From Felis catus (taxonomy: Eukaryota): a DNA stretch of 64,000 nucleotides. The notes beneath the pieces were generated by a model, which did not search any database, was not told the origin of the DNA, and saw nothing but the letters and a program-made list of their open reading frames with translations. Below, one piece after another: positions 22,317-35,570 of the stretch. The DNA lies in the NCBI RefSeq assembly GCF_018350175.1, contig NC_058383.1:10480001-10544000 (forward strand), read 5' to 3'. The position numbers were made by a program, and so were the translations under genes. Position 1 is the stretch's first letter. Each line of letters opens with the position of its first letter.

Positions 22317-23117
22317 GTAGGGGGGAGGGGGCCCTAAGCAAGGCCTGCCGGAGACGAGAGGCTGGGTCAGCAATCTGGGAGACCTGGCTCTTCCTTCTGG
22401 TGCTGTCTCTGGTTGTGACCACCAGCTGAAGGGGTTTCTTTTAGGCAGTGGAAACCTCTGACAAGGTTTGTGTTATTTTTCTTTAAGAACAGCACCCAAC
22501 GTTTTCTCTAATTTAGTAAGGGCCAGGCACCCTCCTAAGGACTGTCTAGTTAACCTATTATATTGTCTCCATTAATGGGGACACGGAGGTTAATTCTCTT
22601 GACCAGAGTCACACACAGCCAGTGAGTGAAAGGGACACACAGCGTCCACCCTGGCTAGTGAGGCCAGAAGAGAGGCAGGCGCCAGACCCGGGGTGGGGGT
22701 GGGCCCAGTCAGGAGTCCACTACGAGGCCTTCAGGGAAGGCAGCCACCAGCCCGGAGACAGACACAGACAGGAACAATAGCTCATTTGGTTGGAAAAGAG
22801 CAGGGGGAGGAGGCCAGGTTGGGATCAATTTGTGAAAGGGCCCTAAGGCCAAGATAAGGACCTTCCAAGGGCAAGAGGGAGCCAGCAGACAGGGTTTGCA
22901 GAAAGCAGGGGAGGGACGTGGGCGGAAGTGCCATCCCAGTGGGCAGATGGCGGTGACTTGGCAGAGAAGGGACTGTCACAGTAGTTCAGGGATCCGAGCT
23001 CATAAGGGCTGACCTAGGACGGGGACTACAAATGGAGAGAATTTCAGCCGTAGAGGGAACAGTATTGGCAAGTGGCTGTCCCAGCAGCCAGCATTTATTG
23101 GGCATTCTTAACATTAC

Positions 23118-23380
23118 ATTGACTCTGAACAACACGGGTTTGAACTGCGCGGGGTCCACTTAATAGGCAGATTTTGCATGGTGCCGTACTCTAAGTGTAT
23201 CTTCTCCTCTTAATGATTTTCTTCACCACCGTTTCTGTAGCTTGCTTTTCTGTAAGACCACGGTAGGTAGTACACATAAATACGAAATCTGTGTTAATTG
23301 TACCGCTTACATTACGGGTAAGGCTTCCAGTCAACAGAAGGCTATGTGTACTTAAGATCGGAGTTGAAAGTCTGGGCTTT
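23118..23380 (+). mobile_element. Tigger2/MER28-like DNA transposon fragment
   Basis: Terminal motif ttgactctgaacaacacgggtttgaactgcgcggggtccactt. Confidence 0.65.
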
Positions 23381-24877
23381 TGCCCCGGGTGCTGGGGAGG
23401 ACGGTGGGCCCTTGGCTCTCGGGAAGCTGGGGCCCGGTGGGTGATGAGCCGTGCCCAGCCATGTTGATTTGAAACGCAGCAGACCATCCAGGGTGGCAGT
23501 GCCCTGCCTGGCGCTGGGGAGGTGGTCTGAGACCACTCGGTCACGGGTGGGATTCAGGATGGGGCTGAGAGAAATCAGGAAGAACTTTGGGGCCCCCTGT
23601 GCTGGGGGTGGGGAGGGAGGTGGGATTTGGGGAGTCATGCCGGAGGGCCGGGAATGCGGCCTCGGAAGCCACAGCAGGGAAGGAGGGGGGCAGGATGTAT
23701 CAACCTAGCTTTGGACCGGGTTCCTGCCCTTCATAACCAAGAAAGGGGTAAGGCCCCAGGTCAGGGCCCTAGGGAAAAGGCATGTGCCGCTGAGCCGGCT
23801 GTGATGGGGGCACAGAGAAGGGTCCCGCAGTGAGAGAGGGTCCACAGGCAGTAAGAGCCACAGCGTCCACACGCTGGCTTCCACAAGTGCTCCTGGCCCA
23901 GCGGTGTGTGCTCCGCCCAGCCCCCCCCCCCCCAAATCTGAGCAAGGCCAGCAGCGTCCTTACCCCCGTGACAGTGAGGAATCACTCAGGACTCGCTGCT
24001 TGCCCGAGCCCCACGGCTACCCAGCAGCCAGCTTCTGGTCTCTACTTGCCTTGTCCCCAGGAGCCTCTCAGTCCATGTCGTGCACCGGCAGCAGTCGCTG
24101 GCTCCCCAGGCCTTGTGGTGAGAGGGTTGTGAGTGCATACGGCATGCCTCTGGCATCAGCGCTGGGGTCCCTGTCACCACAGGACCTGCTCCTTCCTCAG
24201 CTCTAGCTCTCCCACCTCCCGGAGGGTTATGGCCGGGCTGAGTCGTCCAAGCTCTGCTTTGGTCCAGCTGCTGCCTTGGTGAGGTCCCTTCCCAGAAGCC
24301 CGCGGCACTCGAGCCCCGGGGGCCACCGTAGCTCTGGAGACATCTCCCTGGAGGCCTGGGGCAGGGGGGGTGGGGAGGGCTGTCCTGGGCGAACAGGGGT
24401 GAGCCCACAGCTGGCACAGGGCTCAGAGCCCAGGCCAGGAGGCAGTCTCCCCCGCTTCGGGGGACCTTTCAGGCAAGGGGAACAGACTGTCTGTGGAAGT
24501 CAACCTCCGTTCCCTTGGGAGCAGCACCGGCAGGAGCAGCTGCCTTTGAGCTTGTCCCTGTCCCCAGAGAGTCCCAAGCCTCCGGGACCTCTGTCCAAGC
24601 AGAGGCCGAGGGGCACGGAGGGTGCTTCCTAAGGTGTGCAGGGCTGAGGGCCACCCGAGCCGCCAGCGGAGCCCAGGCAGAAGGCCCCTCAGCTGCTTCC
24701 TGTTGTGGGCCCAGACCAAGTCCTGCTCACCCGTGTTGCTGCATCGGCCCGCTGCTGTGTGGCCGAGCTAGCCCCACCCTCTGCAGCCTCCAATCCTGAG
24801 GGCCTGGGGTAGGATGGGGAAGCAGCTGGCTGGGCCCACCCCACCACAGCGCAGCCCGCTGCCCCCTGCTGCAAAGG

Positions 24878-24918
24878 ATGCTGGCCCTGAGAAGAAGCCG
24901 CTTCCTCAAAGGAGCCAA
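24878..24918 (+). CDS. LIMK1: LIMK1 alternative first coding exon (MLALRRSRFLKGAK)
   Basis: aggATG start; donor AA|gtgagt in phase 2, matching exon 3; resembles the N-terminus of the short human isoform (MLLASAPRRRRFLQRAK, recalled). Confidence 0.75.
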
Positions 24919-27900
24919 GTGAGTGCAGAGCCCCTCTCCACCCGTCCCAAACCTTAGGCAGGGCCCCCCACCCCCCTGCCGCCCCGGGGCCCGGAGGCCA
25001 CGGTGGGGCAGACCTACCTGGGACCCGGCTGTGGGGCAGGAGAACCGAGAACCGAAACCTCTAGGTCACTGTCTGGCCGCCTGCTGGGGGAAGCAGGCCG
25101 CTGCTGAGACTTCTGGTCCTTTGATCCAGTCTCCCCGCGAAGCTGGTCCTCCAACGGCTCTTTCTGCGGGATGTGGCCCTGGGTCGAGAGTGTCCCTGGG
25201 AGGGCTGGACCTGTCGCTGCAGACCTTGCCTCCCAGCGCAGCTCTCCGTGTCCTCCCCAGGGTCCTCCTCCCCACCCGAGCCTGGCTCTGTAGGTGCCTG
25301 CTCTCAGGGAAGTGTGCCCTGGACTGGGGCAAAGACCGTCTTCCAGGAGCTCCTCTCTCTGGCCCTTCGGCCATCTCTGCACATCCTCAGTACTGGTACT
25401 CCTCTCTTGACATCCTCGCTGGGGGCAGCAGCACGTGCGGGGCACCCCTAAGAGCCAGGCCTGCGCACCCCACATTCCTCCTCTGGCTCGTGGCCCAGAC
25501 AGAGGCCTGAGGGGTGAAGGGATGGACAGGGGCCAGGGGTTCCTATGTGCCTTCCTCGTGCAAAGGTACGCCGAGGCCCTGAGTGCCAGTACCAAGCTGC
25601 TGGGTGAGTCTGGCCTAGATCCCCTCTCTGAGATGGAGACCCCACCCGGGTGCCCTCGAGCAGTTCTGAGGGTGCTGGCGGATGAGACCTGCTCCAGGTG
25701 GAGCGTTCAGCAGGAACCGCTCACCTTCTCTCTGGGGTCCAGCATTTGTGGATGCCTGACATGGGACCTCAGAGAGCCCTCAGGTTTGATGGCAGAGACT
25801 GGTAGGGCCGACGGAGGCTGGCGATGCAGACAGGCCTGGTGGAGGTGCAGACTGCTTGGAGGCACCCCCTCCAGGTGACTGAGCAGACTTCAAGGAAGTG
25901 GTGGCCAGGGAGCCGACTGCACCCACCCAGCCCTGAGTCAGCGCCACCCGGGTCTTCCAGGCCTGCTACGGTGATGAATGTGAGGGAGTGAAGGGGTAGG
26001 AGTTTGCAGGCTGGAGAAGAGCATTCTCTCCCCCACAGGAAGACAGCTGCTCCCGAGCCCCCACCAGCCCACCCACCCACCCACCCAGAGGCAGGCGAGG
26101 CCCTGCTTCCTGCAGGCTGGCAGCCAGGAGTGAGGGGGAGACTTCTATGGTGACACTGCTGTGACACGAGGACGGTCTGGTCGGTCTGGTCGGTGGAAGG
26201 GCAAAGTGAATCACTCACTGATTGCCCCAGGACGCGTGGGAGGTGGGGGAGCCTCCCCAAGGTCACGGTGCTTGCACACCAGCCAGCCTCTCTGCAGAGC
26301 CCGCTCCTCTGTGCCTTCCCGCTAGGTTGCAGCCCCCTGGGGGCGTGCACCAGGGATCCCCTCAGCCTGGGCTGCCGCCCTCCGGGCCCAGTGCCTTACT
26401 TGCCCCTTCGCCCACCTTGCCCACCTCGCAGTGAGATGCGTGCCCTAAGGACGCCTGGGGCTGGGGGCCTGGGAGTGCTGGGCAGGAAGGGCTGAGAATG
26501 ACGTCATGGCTCCGGGCCAGCGTTGCTTCCGCTGCCTGGTCTCACATCCCAGAGCAGTCTCCGGAGGCCCTCCCTCCCCCACACCCTCCTCTTGTAGGGG
26601 GAGCTCATCGAACTCCCCCGTCTTCCTGGATGCACCCCCACCCCTGTGCTTCTGAACCTGGGCCATGCCTTCTCCCCAACCCTCAGCCACTGGCTGTGGT
26701 CCCCTGCCCCTCCCCTCAGGCTCCCAGACAATGGGGAACTGTCTGGATCCTCTTAAAGGGACAGTGTCCCACCAGCACTCTTGCCTGCGGGCCTCTCCCT
26801 CCTCTTCATTCCCAGTTCCCTAAAGAGCATCCGTGTGCCCTCAGTGAGATCTCCCGCATGCCTGCTGCAGAGGCTGAGGGTTCCCTGGCTGTCTGGGGGA
26901 CTGGGCAGTCTCACTCAGGCCCCAGTCTTTCCTCTGCTCTCCTGGATTGTTTCCCTGCTGGGCGTGAGCTCAGAGTCTCCTCCCCTGTCCCTGCATGACC
27001 TCGGCACATGACCCGGAGTGCTCAAACAGCAGCAGAGCCGGGCAGATTCTCTGCTCCTTGTGTATGCTGGCCTGGGCGTACCTGTGCACCCAGGACCCTG
27101 AGTCAGGCTCTTCAGAACGAGGTGTGGCTCCTGCCCCCGCTGGCTCACCAGGCACCCTGCGCTTCCTCATCCTGCCGGCCTGGCCTCTGGTCCCCCTCCA
27201 GCTCACTCGTGGGTGGAGGGCAGCCAGGCATGTAGGTCTAGCTCCTGGCCTGTGGGATCACACATAGAAGCCGGTGCATCATTTCTCTCCATCTACCCCA
27301 ACCAGGCCTCCCCTATGGCCCCTCCCAACGCTGCAGGGGTATCCTGACCTTGAGGACTGCACATCTGGGCGGTCTCTGCAACAGTGCCATGGCCCTTGTG
27401 GGGGAAGTGTGGGCACTGGGGCTCTGGTTGGGCCCCCCCTTCTTGTGACTACAGCATCTGATAGCTAGGAAACAGGGAGACCCTCTGTCTGTCTTCACTG
27501 ATCCTGGCTGGTTCTGCTGAGCTAAACGTCTGCCTCATATGGTCGTGAAACGGGGAGTAGCTCTGCGGGGTCTGTGGCACCCATCATGTGGCCCAGGGCA
27601 GTGTAGAGCCTCCAGAAGTAACCTTTCTCATGGTGGCCTGTGTGGATTGAGTACATTTCGCCAAGGCGGTGGGAAGGTGCCAGCATCTGGTAGGTCTCCA
27701 CGGCTCCAGCAGGTCACTGCCATTTGCATCGGCTGGCACTCGTCCAGCCACCCCACCCCCACCCCGCCGAGGCCTGGGCTCCCGGGTTCCATTCCCCTCT
27801 CCACTGGACTGGTGACCAAGAGCAAGTCATTTGCCTTCTCTGGGCCATCTTTCTTGCGTGACAAGGGACAGGGAGGGGCTCAAACGTGAGGAGCATCTGT

Positions 27901-28196
27901 CACCCTGGGGCTAGCAGCCCGGCCAGATGCTCTGGGTGCAGAAGTACATGGGTGGTTGTGCAGGCTGTGTACTGCACAGAGGCTTCCAGCTGAGGGACCA
28001 GGGGCAGCTGAAGCCATCCCTGGCTCCACCTGCTAAGCCCTCTGCCCCAGCGCAGGCTTTTTCTGACCAAGGAGGGTGAGGGGCGGGGGGCACACCTTTT
28101 TCTGATTCTTACAGAGGCAACTTATAGACTATGGCAAGGCCCAGCTGTGCAGTGGGCCAGACTGAGTCCCTGTGCCTGCTCCCACCCCCCCACCAG

Positions 28197-28335
28197 GTGT
28201 TGTGAGTGCAGTGCCTCTCTCTCGCACCAGTACTACGAGAAGGATGGGCAGCTCTTCTGCAAGAGGGACTATTGGGCCCGCTATGGAGAGTCCTGCCATG
28301 GGTGCTCGGAGCACATCACCAAGGGGCTGGTCATG
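28197..28335 (+). CDS. LIMK1: LIMK1 exon 3 (LIM1/LIM2)
   Basis: CCECSASLSHQYYEKDGQLFCKRDYWARYGESCHGCSEHITKGLVM; 139 nt. Confidence 0.97.
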
Positions 28336-28617
28336 GTAAGCACCCGCCCCTACTCATCGCCCCTGGTGCGTGTGTGTGCGCGCGTGTCCTCACGGGTTTC
28401 CCTACCCCAGCCTCCCTCTCGTTCTTTTCGCCTGTTTTGACCTCCCCACCCCGCGTTCTGAGCCCATCGATCGGTCTGTGTGCCCGTCTGCGGAACCAGA
28501 ATCCTGCAGCTGGCCAACCGGGCCCCCAAAGTTTGTCTGGGGGCTGTTCTGAGAGGAGGCCGGGGCGGGGGGGAAGGGGCAGCTGACCTGGGCCATCCCC
28601 GCCACTCCCCCTGCCAG

Positions 28618-28727
28618 GTGGCCGGGGAGCTGAAATACCACCCGGAGTGTTTCATCTGCCTCACGTGCGGGACCTTCATCGGTGACGGGGACACCTACAC
28701 CCTGGTGGAGCACTCCAAGCTGTACTG
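28618..28727 (+). CDS. LIMK1: LIMK1 exon 4 (LIM2)
   Basis: [37 protein letters not shown]; 110 nt. Confidence 0.97.
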
Positions 28728-28897
28728 GTGAGCGCCCTGGTCCCCTCCGAGCCGAGCCCGGGGTAACCCTCATCGCCCCCCACAGGTCTTCCACATCCCA
28801 TGCGGGATGTGGGTCGTTAATAGGAGCCATGGGGTAGGAGTGCCTGGGAAACAACCCAGGAGTTCCCTGAGAACGCGGCAGACATCACTCTTGCTGA

Positions 28898-29309
28898 TGT
28901 GTCACTGAGGTGCGGTTCTGGCACTGACCCTGACCCTGCAAGGTCAGGCCCGTCCCCCAACGAGACTGCCCTCGCTTCAGACACCAGCTCCAAGTTCAGA
29001 GGTTCCCACAACCCCTGAGGTTTCATGATTCTCTACACAACTCCAAGAACTCAGGAAAGCCCTGTACTTAGGATTCCAGGGCATTTTGTAAAGGGTACGA
29101 ATCCCTCTATATAAGGACCAGCCAGCTAGAGGATGGAGAGAGCAAGGTCTGGAGGGCCCCAAATACAGAGCTTCTGTGCACCACCCCGCATGGAATCAGG
29201 ACGTGTGACACCCCCAACCTGTCCTGGCCTCACCAGAGTTTTTATCGGGGCCTCATTGTGTGGGCACTATTGATTGAATCATTGGGCACATGATTGAACT
29301 GATTCTCCA

Positions 29310-29356
<47 letters not shown>

Positions 29357-29537
29357 GCCTCCTTCAAGGTCAGGCTGGGTCACAGGTCCACCCTCTGATC
29401 ACACGGTCCGGTCTTTCTGGTGACTAGCCCCCATCCTGAGTCACCTGTTAACAAAGGCTCAGGTATGGTCTCAGGGACACTCGTATTCCGAGGGTTGAGA
29501 GCCAGGACAAAGACCAGACAAATTCTGTATCATCCAG
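28898..29537. mobile_element. MER21-like solo LTR containing (AC)22 at 29311-29354
   Basis: Motifs agactgccctcgcttcagacaccagc, gaactcaggaaagc, gattgaatcattgg; boundaries approximate. Confidence 0.6.
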
Positions 29538-29831
29538 TGCTGATAAAGCTGGATTCCCAGGCAGCATGGCTTAATCCCAGATGGACTTTTAATGACTTCC
29601 TCCTGAACCGGATGTATCTACAGGCCTTTTCCCGGCCAGCTGACAGCATGTCAGGAGCAGACAAGCCCAGAATGATTGAGCCCGGTTCCTGCCCCAGTCC
29701 TATCAGGCAGCGACGACCCCTCTTGCCATGGGGAGCCATAAAGGGAGGCGGGGAGGAGAGAAGTGCTGGGGACTGTCCTAACAGTCTTTTCTTCCCCCTC
29801 TTTGGGTCCCTACCACCTGCGGCCCTTGCAG

Positions 29832-30038
29832 CGGCCACTGCTACTACCAGACTGTGGTGACCCCCGTCATCGAGCAGATCCTGCCCGACTCCCCCGGCTC
29901 CCGCCTGCCCCACACAGTCACCCTAGTATCCATCCCAGCCTCGGCTCATGGCAAACGTGGCCTCTCGGTCTCCATCGACCCCCCGCACGGCCCGCCGGGC
30001 TGCAGCACAGAGCACTCCCACACCGTCCGCGTCCAGGG
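29832..30038 (+). CDS. LIMK1: LIMK1 exon 5 (start of PDZ)
   Basis: [35 protein letters not shown]...VRVQG; 207 nt. Confidence 0.97.
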
Positions 30039-30299
30039 GTGAGTGGCTGGCCGAGGCCATGGCCGGTCTGGCTGTGGCCATGGGTGCTCTTGGTGGGCGG
30101 CTGGAGTCTAGGGCACCCTGAGAGCGGGTGAGCATTTGGGCACAGACAGAACCCAGCTCTGACAATCTGCTGTACCTCGTCCCTGGCCCGGTCCTTCCTT
30201 TAAAAACCACGGCAGATGCTAGATGAAAAATATTGAAAACTTCTTCTTGAGTCCATGTATAACCCAACAAGAAAGAGGGGAGTAAGCAGCTCGGGGCCA

Positions 30300-33200
30300 A
30301 GTAGGGAGCCCAGGAGTGTCAGCAGAACCACTGAAGACAGCCTTGCCTTAAGGCCAAATGGAAATTGAGTGAACTTAAGCTTCTGTCTTTAAGTCCTTTT
30401 GTGGCTGGGCCTCTCAAAGCCCTGACCTGTAGAGGAAGCCAGTGGAACTAGAGAACTCCTGTTCCATTAGACTGGGGTGTCCCAAAGGGCTCTCTGGATG
30501 AGGATGAATGAGAAACAGTCCACACCTTCCATCAGCCCCTCACTCCCGGAACTGTAAGATAAACTGATTTGAGCCTGAATGGAAGGGGAGGGGGGAATCT
30601 CCCCTGAGAATTTATAAACAGGTTTGCAAAGCAAATTCCTATGCCGGGGTGGCTCAAAAAAAAAACAAAAAAAAAAACGAAGTCACAACTGTAAGTTTAA
30701 AGTACTTCCCAATTGGCAGTGTTCCTTGGTAGAATCAGACGCAGCTCTTTTCGTTGGGTGGACTGAGCTAAGTGTCCCAAGGAAGCGATTCAGTCAAAAC
30801 TCAGCGAGTGCGTAAGGAAGCGAGGCACTGTGAGACCCAGCAGACACAACAGGAAATAGAACCAGGCCCACAAGACCTCCAGATACTGGAATGATCAGAA
30901 ACCATGTAAAATAATTGTATTCGATATGTTTTAATCATAAGAGAGGTTTAGAAAAAAATGAGGAAAGAGCAGAGAAATTTGGGGGCGCCCAGATGGTTCA
31001 GTCGGTTAAGTGTCCGACTTCGGCTCAGGTTATGATCTCGTGGTTTATGAGTTCGAGCCCCATGTCGGGCTCTGCGCTGACAGCTCAGAGCCCGGAGCCT
31101 ACTTCAGATTCTATGTCTCCCTCTCTCTCTCTCAAAAATAAATAAACATTAAAAAAAATAAGGAGCAGATAAATTTGGAAAAGAACCAAATGGAACTCCT
31201 AGAAATGAAATAAAAGGATGAAAGCTGTGACAGAGGGGTGAGGACACATGGAGGACAGAGTGAGGATCTGAACATCCATTGGGCATCCCAGGAGAAGCAC
31301 AAGATGGCAGGAGGGAGGCAGCATTTGAAGGTCCGATGTCTGAGAACATTCCAGAACTGACAGACACCACATCACAGACTTCAGCCCAGTAGATCCCAGA
31401 CAACAAAACAAAATATCCACCCTTGGGTCACCCACCCCGCATAGTGAAACTGCTACACCCAAGGCAAAAGAAAAGTCCTTAAAAGCAGCCACAGAAAATA
31501 GATTACCTTCAAAAAAGGGCAGCTGATTTCTCAACAGGAACGACAGAAGCTAAAAATCAGCAAAATGATATATGTATTCAATGCACTGAGCAAAAAATAA
31601 CCATCAACCTAGGATGCTATCCTTGAGGAAAATACCCTTCAAGCAAAAGGGAAAAATAAAAACACGTTAAGGCGTGGGGCGCCTGGATGACTCAGCCGGT
31701 TGAGCGTCCGACTCTTGGTTTTGGCTCGGGTCATGATCTCACGGTTCGTGGGTTCAAGCCGCACGTCAGGCTCCGTGCCAACAAGGCTGCTTAGAATTCT
31801 CTCTCTCTGCCCCTTCCCCACTCACATGCACGCGCTCTCTCTCTCAAATAAATAAATAAATACAAACCTAAAAAAACAAACCACGGTAAGGTGGACAAAA
31901 CCAAGACTTGGATAGGTCATCCATAAAGAAACTTCTAAAGGATGTAGAAAGAGTCTGAAATGCAGGAAGGAATGCAGATTGAAGAGCCCACACAGTATGC
32001 TGCTCTCCTCTCTGGGCTTTGGGGTTCTTTGAACAGTGAGGAAGTTGGACACCTTGGAGCCTTCTAAGGTCTCTTCTGGGCTTTGATGGACTCCTTGAGG
32101 AAGTAGTTTTATAATTTTTTTAAGTTTACTTATTTTGAGAGAGTGAGTGGGGGAGAGCAGAGAGGGCAGGGGACAGAGGGGCCGAAGGGGGCTCCATGCT
32201 GACCGCAGAGAGCCCGATGGAGGGCTCGAACTCCTGAACCGTCAGATCGTGCCCTGAGCCGACGTCGGATGCTCCACCGACTGAGCCACCCAGGCTCCTG
32301 TGTGGGCGTGGGAGCCAAGTGCCAGCTTCCATTGGATCCGGCGAACGCTTCCCACCAGCTGTCAGGTCCCAGCACCAGGGCTGGGCACTGGCCAGAAGGG
32401 AAGGTGGCACTGGGCTTGTTCTGCTGCCCCGCCCTGCACGCCAGCCAGGCCGGCGGCTGCCTCGTATACACAAGCGGGCAGACAGACCGGGCAGAGGTGG
32501 GGAACTCCCAGACCAGCTGGGCCCTCAAAACCAGACGGGATGTTAGAAACGGGAGCCGCAGCCCCTCCTCCCGGCATCCCTCGCTGGATGAGCATTCTTG
32601 CCGACCAGCAGCCGCTTTCCCAACGGCGTCGGCAGGGACCGTGCCCCTCTGAGAAGCCGCCCAGCCTCGCCGAAGTCCGCTCACCGGATTTACTTGTTTG
32701 TTCTAAACGAATCAGTGGGCTGCTTTTCTTTTTGTTTTTCTCTAAGCATTTTAAGGAAAGCTTAATTCATCCGTGCCCCGGCCCCCCACCGCCCTCGCAG
32801 GAGACTGAGGGATGACGAGAGGCTAAGGAATATACCTTTTTTTTTTTTTTTTTAATGTTCACCTATTTTTAAGAGAGACAGAGAGACAGAGCCTGAGTGG
32901 GGGAGGGCCAGAGAGAGAGAGACACGCACGGAATCTGAGGCAGGCTCCAGGCTCCGAGCTGTCAGCACAGAGCCCGATGCGGGGCTCGAACTCACAAACT
33001 GCAAGATCACAACCTGAACTGAAGTCGGACACTTAACCGACTGAGCCACTCAGGCACCCCAAGGAATATGCTTCTAAGACTCACAAGAAGCCTGTTTCAA
33101 TGAAATATATTCACTATTTTTCAACTTTTTGTCATGAAATTTTCAAATGTACAGCAAATTTAACAGATAAGTACATTGAATACCCCCACCTCCTTCTGTG

Positions 33201-34700
33201 TTCACCAATTTTAACGGGTTTTTTTGCCACATTTAGGTTATGTGTGTCTCCTACCTATATGTGTGTGTTTATGTGTATGTTTGTATGACTTATTTATATT
33301 TATATATACACATAGGTACATATTGCTGTTATTTACTAAATCACTTGAGAGTAGATAGCAGGCATTAGTGACCCTTCCTTCCCACCAAATACTTTATACC
33401 TTCTCCTAAAAACAAGATCATCCTCTTCCATAATTATCAATTGTGTCTTATGGTGCAATTATGAGGTTTAGGAAATTGAACACTGACATGACACTCTCAC
33501 CCAATCTTAAGTCCACGTTCAAATTCTGCCAATTTTCTCAACACCAGCCGTTACAGCAATTTCCCTAGACCCAGGATCCAACCCATGACCATACAGTGCA
33601 TTGAACCCTCACGTCCCTTCAGTCTCTTTGACTCTGTGACAGTTCCTCGGCTTTTTCTTGTCTTCATGACCTTGACATTTATGAAGAATCGCAGCCGATT
33701 GTCAAGTCGAATACCCCTCCATTCAATTTGGGCTGCTGTGTCCCCTTTGTTCGATTTAGGTTATGCATTTTGACCTGGTAACTGCATTAGTGACTCTGTG
33801 TCCTTCTTGGATCTTCCCGCCAGACCCACATTGCCAATAAAGCATGCCCTTTACTGGGAGATGTCACCTTTGATTACTTCGTTAAAATACAGTCTGCTGT
33901 CTACTGTCCAGGATTTTTTGTCCCTTTGTAACACAATCAGTAAGTCATTTGTGAGATTTGGTTCTGTAAATATCCTGTCCCCACCAGCCTTTCCCCGAAT
34001 GGTTTTAACATCCACAGAGGATTTTTATCTGTATTACTGTGACAACTACACCATGGTGATATTCTAACTCTGTTCTTCCTTTTGCATTTATTACTGTTTT
34101 CCTTTTTTTTTTTTTTAATGTTTATTTATTTTTGAGAGAGACAGAGCTTGAGCAGGGAGGGGCAGAGAGAGAGGGAGACACAGAATCCGAAGCAGGCTCC
34201 AGGCTCTGAGCTGTCCGCACAGAGCCCCCACGCGGAGCTCAAACTCATGAGCCGTGAGATCACGACCTGAGCCGAACTCGGACGCCCAACCGACTGAGCC
34301 ACCCAGGCACCCCATATGAACCTTTTTCTTAAAGTTCCCAGTCTCCATTCTGCCCCCTACCCCTTCCCTATCTCAGGACAGAGACAAAGTAAACATTCCT
34401 TTAAAAAGCCTTCATGAAGACAAAATGAAAACACTGTGACCAAGGAGTTAAAGAAAGCAAGTATAGGGGTACCTTGGTGGTTCAGTCTGTTAAGCGTCCA
34501 GCTTTGGCTCAGGTCATGATCTCATGGTTTGTGGGTTTGAGCCCCGCATCTGGCTCTGTGCTCACAGCTTGGAGCCTGCTTTGGATTCTGTGTCTCCCTC
34601 TCTCTCTGTCCCTCCCCAGCTCACGCTCTCTCTGTCAAAAATAAATAAACATTAAAAAAAAGAAGCAGCAGCAAAATATATTTGGCAAAACTAGCCAAAA
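30300..34700. mobile_element. LIMK1 intron 5 repeat cluster: old L1 fragments plus six CAN-SINEs (+30981, +31676, -32297, -33060, -34313, +34466)
   Basis: SINE consensus matches; L1 ORF1-like A-rich sequence at 31150-31660. Confidence 0.75.
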
Positions 34701-35181
34701 TCTGTGAGCTAGATTTTGGGTGTCATCCTGTCTCCACCCAGCTGCTGATTCTGGAGAAGTGGAAGCCTTCGCCTCATCGTGCATGGCAAGTTTGGGAATC
34801 GGGAATCCAGGGGGTCCAGACTCTCTTCGGACTCCTCTCATGAGATGATGCGTATCTGCCTGAAGCATACCAGGCAGCTGGAAGGATCTGTCTGCCCTCC
34901 ATGGCAGAGACAGCACCTTGTTGAATGGGAGCCTCTGTGCATCCAGTATAGATGCGCTTTTCTCCAATTTCCCACCCACAGCAGACATTAGTAATCGATT
35001 ATAGAATTCTTCCCCATCAAACCAGAACTCCACATTCTAGGCAGTTGCCATCTATCAATCACGCAAAATAGAATTAATTTGCCTCCTCACCCCAATCTGA
35101 TCCCCTTGGGCTTGGTTTCCCATCCAGGCTCCAGGGGACAGGCAGGCAGGGGTCTGGCTGACCACTACTCTATGCCCACAG

Positions 35182-35287
35182 GGTGGACCCAGGCTGCATG
35201 AGCCCAGATGTGAAGAATTCCATCCACGTCGGAGACCGGATCCTGGAAATCAATGGCACGCCCATCCGCAACGTGCCCCTGGATGAG
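35182..35287 (+). CDS. LIMK1: LIMK1 exon 6 (PDZ)
   Basis: [35 protein letters not shown]; 106 nt. Confidence 0.97.
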
Positions 35288-35403
35288 GTATGGGCCCTGA
35301 GTCTGGTGAGCAGAATTGGAGGTGGTGCATTCATGCCTGACCCCTCCCCCAGCTCCACCTGCACCACCTCCGACCCACCTGTCCGCACACCTGCTCTCCC
35401 CAG

Positions 35404-35570
35404 ATTGATCTTCTGATCCAGGAAACCAGCCGCCTGCTCCAGCTAACTCTTGAGCACGACCCACACGACACACTGGGCCATGGGCCAGGGCCTGAGCCCA
35501 GCCCCCTGGGCTCTCCAATCCACACTCCCAGCGGGGAGGTGGGCAGCTCTTCCCGGCAGAAGCCTGTCCT
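35404..35570 (+). CDS. LIMK1: LIMK1 exon 7
   Basis: [22 protein letters not shown]...RQKPVL; 167 nt. Confidence 0.96.
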
